Positions 56,301-63,658 of a stretch of DNA of 64,000 nucleotides are shown piece by piece (within the stretch, counting starts at the first letter, position 1; each line of letters begins with the position of its first letter). Made by a program: the position numbers and the translations under genes. The notes beneath the pieces were generated by a model, which had not been told where the DNA came from, made no database searches, and saw only the letters and a program-made list of their open reading frames with translations. Source of the stretch: Pragia fontium DSM 5563 = ATCC 49100 (GTDB lineage: Bacteria > Pseudomonadota > Gammaproteobacteria > Enterobacterales > Enterobacteriaceae); the NCBI RefSeq assembly GCF_900112475.1, contig NZ_FOLW01000008.1, forward strand, positions 146,535 to 210,534, read 5' to 3'.

Positions 56301-58343
56301 AAATTGGTCCGTGATTTTGCCTCACCACGCTATAAAGAAGGCTATGAGAAAGGCATCCACGATCACGATGCGGTAGCCATTTTACAGAAACTGATCCCCG
56401 TTAGGGAAAGTGCCGATCTGTTACGCTTTAATCCACATGCTCGCAGCATTGCCGTCCTTTTCTGGCAGCATGTTCATAGCCAAGAGTTACCCGCTCTTTG
56501 GCCAGAGCGAGCGCGTACCAGCATCAATATTCATCAGCTATTTCGTAACGATGCCGGTTTACTGGATCTTCAAGCTGAAATTGAAGCGGAACTCAGCCTA
56601 TTTCTTGAACAATACCCAATTGCCTGCCAGCCTTATCAACAATCACAGGCTGCTGAATACTTGAGCTTCGCATTAGGCCGAACACCGGTTGAATTCAGCT
56701 TTAGCAAATATGCTCGTACCCTGTCGGAAGGCTTACAGTCCCAGTTAGAAAAAGCCCATATGTGGGGCGACTTCAACCGCTCACAGCAGAATTTAGCCAA
56801 ACGCTGGTCACAACGTTGGTCATTGGCAGACAATTGGTTGCAAGGGCTTTGCTCTCTGCCAGAATATCAAAATCTAAAAAGCTATATTTCGGAAGCCATC
56901 GTCATCCTGCTGTTAGATAAAGGCATAAAGACCCGGTTTAGTGAAGTCGACTTGCACTTCACCGTGACAAACCTGATGGGTGAGCATCCTCTGATTCAAA
57001 ACCAATCCCTGACGCTTAGCCTGGATGATTATTTCAGCCGGATGCGTAAACAACGCAAGCAGTTCATTCCAGCCTACCATCGCTATCAGGAACTGCGTCA
57101 GGAAGTCTTAAGCCAGCAGAGAAATCAGCTGCGTCTGCATGAATTTAAGGCTCGCCCTCTCAGTTCATTCGTGCGTAATAAGCTGATCAATGACGTTTAT
57201 TTGCCGATCATCGGCGATAATCTAGCTAAACAAATTGGTGCGTTGGGTGAAGGAAAACGTACCGACCTGATGGGCTTACTATTAATGATCTCGCCGCCCG
57301 GCTACGGTAAAACCACACTGATGGAATATATCGCAAATCGCCTAGGCCTGATATTCATGAAGATTAATGGACCAGCCTTAGGTCACGATGTGTTGTCGCT
57401 GGATCCACAGCAAGCCCCGAATGCCACCGCCCGTCAGGAATTAGAGAAATTAAATCTGGCACTGGAAATGGGCAATAACGTTATGCTGTATGTCGATGAT
57501 ATCCAGCATACCAATGCCGAATTCCTGCAAAAATTCATCTCTCTTTGTGATGGTACCCGGCGAATTGAAGGGGTATGGAAAGGCAAGACCAAAACTTATG
57601 ATATGCGCGGGAAAAAATTCTGTGTCGTGATGGCGGGTAACCCTTATACCGAATCAGGCGAAGTGTTTAAAATTCCTGATATGCTGGCCAACCGCGCGGA
57701 TATTTATAATCTCGGCGAAGTTCTGGGTGGCATGGAAGAGGCATTTGCCCTGAGCTATATTGAAAACAGCTTAACCTCTAATCCGGTACTGGCACCGCTG
57801 GCACTGAGAAACATGAGCGATCTGTATTTATTTGTTGATAAAGCAATGGGTAAACCGTTCTCTAATAATGCGCTGAGCTATCAATACAGTGAAGCGGAGA
57901 TCGCCGAAATTGTTGCCATTCTTGAACGATTAATCACGCTGCGAGACGTGGTGTTAAAAGTGAATCAGCAATATATCGCCAGTGCTGCACAGTCAGATAA
58001 ATACCGTACTGAACCGAGCTTTAAGCTTCAGGGTAGCTATCGTAATATGAATAAACTGACGGAGAAAATTTCGGCGGTGATGAATCCGGCCGAAGTTCGC
58101 CGCATTCTTGACGATCACTATTTAGGTGAAGCTCAACTGCTAACCAGTGGCGCAGAAGAAAACTTATTAAAGCTGGCTGAAATCCGCAATATCATGTCAC
58201 CTCAGGAAGAGCAACGCTGGGGACTGATAAAGCGTGACTTTATGAAGAATAAAGCACTGGGCGGAGATAATGCGGAAGTTGGCGATCGCGTCGTAGCTCA
58301 ACTGGCCGATCTGGTAGAAAGTGTACAAGCCCTGAGGAATTGA
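53313..58343 (+). CDS. Giant (1676-aa) uncharacterised protein: N-terminal β-rich region, central coiled coil, and a C-terminal MoxR-class AAA+ ATPase module
   Basis: Single uninterrupted ORF. Walker A LLMISPPGYGKTTLMEY (about aa 1325-1335, nt about 57298-57318). Walker B MLYVDDIQH (nt about 57487-57510). Sensor-1-like VVMAGNP and arginine-finger-like LANRADIYNL, as in the MoxR/RavA family (ATxNP … LLDRF). The central region is heptad-rich (…LDEMEQQLAESQERISLATAEFLASEQALQPF…). The start codon is uncertain: 53313 or 53406. Confidence 0.6.
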   Translation: MSHDQTGRLRHDTEPELTLIKSTSIKGTLNAMSDSQVNNREQELLDNAVAEGGAYDILRKRLSEQGQQIHDKAHQLNQRRLEEFGKSQMDIIGRMRIRTENNCVARDIVRVGDWLLFGYNVFIGLKKETRIEDVFSLYRLKEENGEYDVESVPLTGTFLNITSFVQDFNELYTYYKNTQLLQLVERDGKLLASFQIGERITDIRVFRWSISSDKTEIKYIDNRGERDIALPPAYDFEWQKTTRENAINGRHPHMNILDTVFVETIGGDLTIKCENNTEDGLGIYREAVLDKTQSLDDAQIEYAQTGSLILLKILPYREDTWRYLVYNTITQTVQRIDAIGSACIQLPEDHGIIFPGGYYLQSGEYKTFDQPMDGMRFRRIRRSPNGEDVMYIFYEPNFGRLALFNYNMIERKLQNPLFGHGYAMLEDGRMVLFEGQSDEPTRIHPMQVWQTPFYSDEFAALQPANNSFFGRIGNAELVRGISDLYHIAKEIEQQQISSQLYEKLCQDARRLIDLYYWLNDEHSLNATILLKEIANTGELVLDEYEKVESIRRQSTRAMNEATSRQKQLLSLMLPDSWHNAQQFVDALNDLSVQRGHLITLRDYRYIDLSRLDEMEQQLAESQERISLATAEFLASEQALQPFTDQLQALDKQTQAAANSSQLVEPMAGMDKMSADLDMLSNLMASLKFEDTTQQTHIIEAISEIYARLNQARARLQQRRKEQSSVESVAQFGAQFKLFSQSITNALTLATDPERCDEQLSRLLVQLEELETQFNEHEEFLNDILSKREEMLETFETHKQSLLDERQRKSQNLQVAAERLLDSLQRRTAKFTTLDELNAFFASDPLSLKTREIVERLRALKDSVKADDIDAKFKAARDQAIRSLRDKSEIFEDGGNVIKLGPRHRFSVNTQELDLTILPRGDRLYLHLTGTDYQEPIDSPELEALKEYWQISLESESPDIYRAEYLAYSLIYAASKELDGLSLENLKALVNKPEALEKLVRDFASPRYKEGYEKGIHDHDAVAILQKLIPVRESADLLRFNPHARSIAVLFWQHVHSQELPALWPERARTSINIHQLFRNDAGLLDLQAEIEAELSLFLEQYPIACQPYQQSQAAEYLSFALGRTPVEFSFSKYARTLSEGLQSQLEKAHMWGDFNRSQQNLAKRWSQRWSLADNWLQGLCSLPEYQNLKSYISEAIVILLLDKGIKTRFSEVDLHFTVTNLMGEHPLIQNQSLTLSLDDYFSRMRKQRKQFIPAYHRYQELRQEVLSQQRNQLRLHEFKARPLSSFVRNKLINDVYLPIIGDNLAKQIGALGEGKRTDLMGLLLMISPPGYGKTTLMEYIANRLGLIFMKINGPALGHDVLSLDPQQAPNATARQELEKLNLALEMGNNVMLYVDDIQHTNAEFLQKFISLCDGTRRIEGVWKGKTKTYDMRGKKFCVVMAGNPYTESGEVFKIPDMLANRADIYNLGEVLGGMEEAFALSYIENSLTSNPVLAPLALRNMSDLYLFVDKAMGKPFSNNALSYQYSEAEIAEIVAILERLITLRDVVLKVNQQYIASAAQSDKYRTEPSFKLQGSYRNMNKLTEKISAVMNPAEVRRILDDHYLGEAQLLTSGAEENLLKLAEIRNIMSPQEEQRWGLIKRDFMKNKALGGDNAEVGDRVVAQLADLVESVQALRN

Positions 58344-58350
58344 TTGACCA

Positions 58351-58923
58351 GTGAAGCAGTGGATAAAACAGCGCATTAAACTACTTGGCATATTGGCGAT
58401 CGTCTTGATCGCCATTCAGTGCCTGAATACGCTGACTAGTGGTTATTTAAACCAGTTTGGTATACTTCCTCGTACCAGCCAAGGGTTAGTGGGTATTCTA
58501 TTTTCTCCTTTTCTACACGGTGACTGGGGACATCTGCTTAGCAATCTTCCGGTGCTATTAATTTTAAGCGGATTATTACTCAGCAATTCTATTCGCTACT
58601 ATATTTCAGCCAGTGTTTTTATCATTTTACTGGAGGGATTATTAGTCTGGCTATTTGCGCGTTCGGCTATTCATATTGGTGCCAGCGGCTGGATTTTTGG
58701 CTTATGGTCGCTATTGTTAATCAATGCCTTCACTCAGCGCAGAATACGAGATTTTATTTTGGCGCTGCTTATTTTAGTTTATTTTGGTGGCATGGCGTCA
58801 GGACTACTCCCCAGTGAACCAGGCATATCAACAGAAGGCCATATTGCAGGCGCCATTGCTGGAGGTGCGTTTGCTTTTATTAGTAGAAAATTCATGAGAA
58901 AAAAAAGTCACCACACCCCTTAA
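58351..58923 (+). CDS. Rhomboid-family intramembrane serine protease, minimal 6-TM core
   Basis: 190 aa with a GTG start 8 bp after the giant gene's stop. TM2 motif HGDWGHLLSNL (H-x4-H-x3-N). Catalytic GASGWIFG (GxSG) in TM4. Catalytic His in EGHIAGAIAGG in TM6. Confidence 0.75.
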   Translation: MKQWIKQRIKLLGILAIVLIAIQCLNTLTSGYLNQFGILPRTSQGLVGILFSPFLHGDWGHLLSNLPVLLILSGLLLSNSIRYYISASVFIILLEGLLVWLFARSAIHIGASGWIFGLWSLLLINAFTQRRIRDFILALLILVYFGGMASGLLPSEPGISTEGHIAGAIAGGAFAFISRKFMRKKSHHTP

Positions 58924-59237
58924 TTTATTATTTCCCTCATTCCCTTTCCTATTATCGCTAAAGATTTTTATATTAAAAATTACCAAAGAAATGATCACCT
59001 GTTAAAAAATTGAGTTAATACCATCAAAAAAATGAAAAAAAATCCACTCATGTCAATTTTTGAGATCAAACTCTTTATTTTATTATCCAATTATCGCAAA
59101 CTACGGTTATAAGGCTTAATTAAATAAAAGATAAAATAATAGCAATAAAATAACGTGATCCAGTTCAAAAATATTTGGAATATCGCGTAATGAAAATTAA
59201 ATCTACTTGATTATTGTTTTATGGATAGAAACAGGTA

Positions 59238-59921
59238 ATGGAAAATAAAGAACTGGAGTTATATCTGAAGAGTACGCTGGCTGATTTAACATTAAGCCAC
59301 AGTGAACGTACTCAGTTAAGAGAATTAAGCCAATCCTTAAGTACTGAACAATCCGGCTTTATGCGTAATCTTGCCTTTGATTTAGTCAGAGAACAGCTTG
59401 ATACCGCACCTCAAAACCTCCTGCCAGTATTAAAATGGTTAGAAACCGTCATAAAGACCTTCGATATTGCCAACCAACAGAAGCAAAGCCACTCTACCGC
59501 CTACTTCTCACCAGGAGAAACCTGTCGGGAAAAAATTCGATCAATGCTTTCTCAGGCGACGAAAAAAGTCGATATATGCGTTTTTACTATTGCCGATGAC
59601 GCTATCACCGAATCTATCCTCAGTGCCCACCAGCGCCAGGTTCAGATACGTATTATCACTGATAATGATAAATCAGAAGATCAGGGAAGTGATATTGATT
59701 ACCTGCAACATAAAGGGATCTCCATCGTTACCGATAATAGTCCTTATCATATGCACCATAAATTCGCTATTTTCGATGATACTTACCTGCTAAACGGCAG
59801 TTTTAACTGGACCAGAAGCGCATCGCTGCACAACTGCGAAAATATTCTGATCACCGATTCCACTGAACTTTTAACCCGTTATCAACAAGAGTTTATTAAG
59901 CTGTGGCAGAGGTTTAGTTGA
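59238..59921 (+). CDS. Phospholipase-D superfamily protein with a single HKD motif (Nuc / MitoPLD-like), cytoplasmic, with an N-terminal helical extension of about 100 aa
   Basis: 227 aa. HKD signature HHKFAIFDDTYLLNGSFNWTRSA (H-x-K-x4-D … GSxN). No signal peptide. An A-GG-TA SD precedes the ATG. Confidence 0.7.
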   Translation: MENKELELYLKSTLADLTLSHSERTQLRELSQSLSTEQSGFMRNLAFDLVREQLDTAPQNLLPVLKWLETVIKTFDIANQQKQSHSTAYFSPGETCREKIRSMLSQATKKVDICVFTIADDAITESILSAHQRQVQIRIITDNDKSEDQGSDIDYLQHKGISIVTDNSPYHMHHKFAIFDDTYLLNGSFNWTRSASLHNCENILITDSTELLTRYQQEFIKLWQRFS

Positions 59922-60114
59922 TGAATAATCTGCTGAAAATAAAGCAAATGGAGGTAAAAAAATCAAAGACCGCTTTTCAGTTTACCCCTCAAAAAAAGGT
60001 AGATATACTCCCTCAAAAAGGAAGTGTCACTCTACGCAATGATTGCATAAAGTTCCCTCGGTTTGATGTCCCTTTATGTAATATCGTGACTTTCTATAAA
60101 AATAACAGAAACAC

Positions 60115-61486
60115 TATGAATAATAATATAAAACGTATAACGCTTTGCTGTGGTATTGCTCTCGTTCTGGCGGCTTGTTCTAATCCACCATCTCGAAAGA
60201 ACTTTGACTACGAAATTTCTCAAGGAAATCTGGAAGTAGCACAAAAGATCGCACTAACTGAAGGCGTCACCGCTGAGACTGATGCAACCACCGAGCTATT
60301 ATGGTCGCTGGAAGCAGGTGCTCTGCTACGTATGACTAATCAGCTTGATCGTTCAACCAAAGTATTTGATGGTGCAGAAAACCTGATCAAAGATAACGAA
60401 ACTCAGAATTTAGCCGCATCCGGTTTCAGCCAAGCTGCATCCATGGTAGTTAACGACAACATTATGGATTACACCCCGCGAGTTTATGACCGCGTGATGG
60501 TGAATACCTATAAAGCCCTTAACTTTTGGCAGCAGTCTGATTTCGCTAATGCCCGAGTAGAATGGAACCGCGTCGATGACCGTCAACGCCGTGCCGCAGA
60601 GTATTTCTCCAAAGAAATTAATGCACAAAAAAATGAAGTAAAAAGTAATAAGCTTGGGGAAAGCTACTCTAAATCCATGGAAACGCTTGAAGGATCGGGT
60701 ATCGATGTTTCAAAATGGGCGCCCTATGATGGTTATATTAACCCGGCCTCACTCTATCTGCATGGTCTCTACTTCCTGATTAACAATGAAAGTGCCGCTG
60801 ATTTAAATAAAGCCAAAGAGAGCCTAAAACGCGCCTATGCATTGACCAGAAGCAAGCAAATTCGCGCTGACCTTAATTTAGCCAACAAAGGTCGTAGCGT
60901 AGCACCCGGGGTTTGGGTTATTTTTGAAAATGGAACCTCGTCTAAAAAAGTAGAACGCCGCGTCGATTTACCATTAATTTTAGTCACGAGTCGTGTAGCT
61001 TATGCCGGTATTGCTTTACCGACCCTTGAGTCAGGTAGCCCGGCGTTTTCTAATCTTTCAGTCAATGGAGGAGGCAAAACGGAATCCTTCGCCAACATGG
61101 ATAAAATTATCCAGGGTGAATTTAAAACGGAATTTACCGGTATCCTTATCAAGGAATTAGCCAGAGCGGTGCTAAAAACTGCAGCACAAGCTTCGATGAT
61201 GAATTCCGACAACAGTACCGTAAGGATACTCGGCGCTATCACCGGTATCGCTCAAGCGGTAACCACGCAGGCTGATATTCGTAGCTGGCATACGCTGCCT
61301 TACGATTTTCAGGTGACCTACGTGAAGTGGCCAAAAAGCGGTCAAGTGCAATTAAGTCCGTCGGGCGGAGCGCCAATAACTGTCGATTTACCGGCAACGC
61401 CTCAACCCGTTGTTGTTTATGTGCGTGCTCTGAATGCGAGTACCACACCGCAGGTTAACGTGTTAACCAGTAAGAATGCGATGTAG
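60115..61486 (+). CDS. Predicted lipoprotein (about 457 aa), unknown family. An alternative upstream start at 59921 overlaps the PLD-like stop as TGATG
   Basis: From 60115: MNNNIKRITLCCGIALVLAACSNPP is a textbook lipoprotein signal peptide with an LAAC lipobox. The reading frame stays open 65 codons further upstream to an ATG that overlaps the preceding stop and has a GAGG SD. See findings. Confidence 0.55.
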
Positions 61487-61543
61487 ACCTATTCAGTTAG
61501 GCACCGTTATCGCACTGACCTTTAAACTGTATTGAGAACTTTG

Positions 61544-62161
61544 ATGATGAATATTTTAAACAAAAAAACGTTTCTTGCCGCGGCCTTTGCCCTTTCTTTA
61601 ACCGGCTGTGCTCAGGAAGGCGCTTACTATGTTGATAGTAAGAACGATAACGTTGCCGTGATGGGACTGGACTATAAAGATTTTGAAATGGCTGCCCAAA
61701 ATATGGTTGACGACATGTTAAGTTCAGACTTACTTGTTCATCCACAAGGCGGTCGTTATGTGCTAACCGTAACCGGCATTGTTAACGACACTGACCAACG
61801 TATCGATACCGATCAGTTAACCAAAAAAATCCGCTCTAGCCTGTTAAACTCAGGTCGTTTTGTGGTTACAACAGCGATTACCGCTAATGGACCAGAAGAT
61901 GAAATGACGCGTAAAGTACGTCAGCTGCGTAAATCTAAAATGGTTAACCAAAAAACCGTTAAGAAAGATGGCCGTGTAATCGCACCAGACTTCTCATTAA
62001 CCGGTAAAATCATTCAACAAAACCAACGTGTTAACTCTAAAACACAGCAAGTTGAATACTATTTCCAGCTAACGCTGACCAATCTGGACGATGGCTTAGC
62101 CTATTGGGAAAAAGAGTATCCAATCATCAAGCGTGGCGACAACCGCACCGCAAGCTGGTAA
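61544..62161 (+). CDS. Lipoprotein of the LpoB-like / DUF799 (Neisseria GNA1162-type) class
   Basis: MMNILNKKTFLAAAFALSLTGCAQ lipoprotein signal. Core …RYVLTVTGIVNDTDQRIDTDQLTKKIRSSLLNSGRFVVTT… resembles the LpoB / TolB-N-like fold motif (…VLLVDSVNNRTNGSLNAAEATETLRNALANNGKFTLVS… in E. coli LpoB). Confidence 0.5.
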   Translation: MMNILNKKTFLAAAFALSLTGCAQEGAYYVDSKNDNVAVMGLDYKDFEMAAQNMVDDMLSSDLLVHPQGGRYVLTVTGIVNDTDQRIDTDQLTKKIRSSLLNSGRFVVTTAITANGPEDEMTRKVRQLRKSKMVNQKTVKKDGRVIAPDFSLTGKIIQQNQRVNSKTQQVEYYFQLTLTNLDDGLAYWEKEYPIIKRGDNRTASW

Positions 62162-62185
62162 TCGGCTACTGTCACTATTCTGGCG

Positions 62186-62220
62186 TTATGCCGCAGAACC
62201 ACAATCGTTCTGCGGCATAA
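62186..62220 (+). other. 14-bp perfect stem-loop (ttatgccgcagaac-cacaatc-gttctgcggcataa) between the last two envelope genes, with no U-tract
   Basis: Seen directly in the sequence. It could be an intra-operon attenuator or mRNA-stability element that sets the stoichiometry of the two flanking products. Confidence 0.5.
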
Positions 62221-62253
62221 CATAAACGTGTTTAATCCATTAGGGCTTTCTTA

Positions 62254-63630
62254 ATGAAAAAATGGATCTTGGTACTGGTTGGTCTTTTGGCGTTTTCACC
62301 TGCAGTTTATGCAAAAATTGAAACCGTTGAAGCACAGGGATATGGTGAAACCTACGAAAAAGCGGTTGATTCGGCTTTAGCGGATGCCGTTCGTCAGGTT
62401 AACGGAATGACCGTAAGTACGCAGTCAGAACGCGCTGGTGATTTTGTTCGTGTCAAAGATAAAGTTGATGCCACTATCGAAGGAAAAGGCACCTACGTTC
62501 AGAACGAAAAGAACAAAGATGACTCTTTTTTGGGTAACAAAGGCGTAGACAGTACTTATACAGAAAATCTCGATGTTAACGTAGGCGGTAACGCTAATCG
62601 TGACTTAACCGTTAATACCGGCAAAAGTGCGCAAATCGATACGCGCAGCTCGGGTACCGTTAAAGGCTATAAAGTTAAAACTCGTGATTGTGATGCCAAA
62701 GGCTGTACCGTTGTTTTGACCGTTGAAATCGATAAAGTTGAACGTAAAACATCACAAGCTTCGTCCAAACGCGATCGTTTAGCCGTTATTACTACCGGTA
62801 ACCGTAGTCGTTCAGCATTTGCTAACACTCTACGTCAGGAAATCACTGACCGTATCGTGCAATCACAACGTTTTACCGTATTAGATCGTAGCTCGACGAA
62901 TGACAAAGCGTTTGAACAGGAAGAGAAATTTCTGGAAGGCCGTCTAAATAACTCTATTGATATTAAGCAAAGCGCCCTTCCCGCTGATTATATTCTGGTT
63001 ATTAACGTCACTGAAGCCGGTGTGAAAACCACCACTAAAGTAACCAGCGTTGATTTAACCGGTGAGTTTGATGTTAGCAGTTCGCACAAAACCAAAGTTA
63101 CCGTACGTTACTCGCTGCTTGAAGCGGCAACCCACGGTATCCAGTGGTCTGACTCCAGCGTATTTGAGCAAGGTGGCAGATACATTGAGACAGCGCGTAA
63201 GCAAATTAGCGACGTTATTGCTGATAAAATTGTCAACAAATTAACCCCCGCTAAAGTTGTCGCAGTAACCAACGGACAAGTGATTATCAACCGCGGTGAA
63301 GCCATGGTTTACGATGGCGATCGCTTTGATATCTTCTCTCAAGGCGAAGCTCTGGTCGATCCAGATACCGGTGAAGTACTCGGTGCGGCTGAAGAAAAAG
63401 TAGCAACTATTGTCATTAACTCGATTAAAGACAAAATTTCTTACGGCATCGTAGAAAGCGGTAAAATTGACGCCGTTGAGAAAGGGGCTATTGCCCGTCT
63501 GGCTGCCCCTCTTCCAGTAGAGAAGAAAGCAGCAGAGGCGAAAACGACTCAAGCTAAACCTAAAGCTAAGCCGAAACCAAAAGCTGATGCTCAAAGACTG
63601 GGTGACTCAGGTGGCGTCTTCCTGAAATAG
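62254..63630 (+). CDS. Secreted CsgG-like domain protein (CsgG/HfaB family core) with additional N- and C-terminal domains
   Basis: Signal peptide MKKWILVLVGLLAFSPAVYA. Core RLAVITTGNRSRSAFANTLRQEITDRIVQSQRFTVLDRS … ADYILVINVTEAG parallels CsgG (IAVxxFxNxTG … LxxSGRFxVVER … ADYLVTGSVTEFG). C-terminal β-rich module …VAVTNGQVIINRGEAMVYDGDRFDIFSQGEALVDPDTGEVLG…, and a K/P/A-rich tail. Confidence 0.6.
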   Translation: MKKWILVLVGLLAFSPAVYAKIETVEAQGYGETYEKAVDSALADAVRQVNGMTVSTQSERAGDFVRVKDKVDATIEGKGTYVQNEKNKDDSFLGNKGVDSTYTENLDVNVGGNANRDLTVNTGKSAQIDTRSSGTVKGYKVKTRDCDAKGCTVVLTVEIDKVERKTSQASSKRDRLAVITTGNRSRSAFANTLRQEITDRIVQSQRFTVLDRSSTNDKAFEQEEKFLEGRLNNSIDIKQSALPADYILVINVTEAGVKTTTKVTSVDLTGEFDVSSSHKTKVTVRYSLLEAATHGIQWSDSSVFEQGGRYIETARKQISDVIADKIVNKLTPAKVVAVTNGQVIINRGEAMVYDGDRFDIFSQGEALVDPDTGEVLGAAEEKVATIVINSIKDKISYGIVESGKIDAVEKGAIARLAAPLPVEKKAAEAKTTQAKPKAKPKPKADAQRLGDSGGVFLK

Positions 63631-63658
63631 TGGGATGACAAATCTGAAAAGTAAAAAT

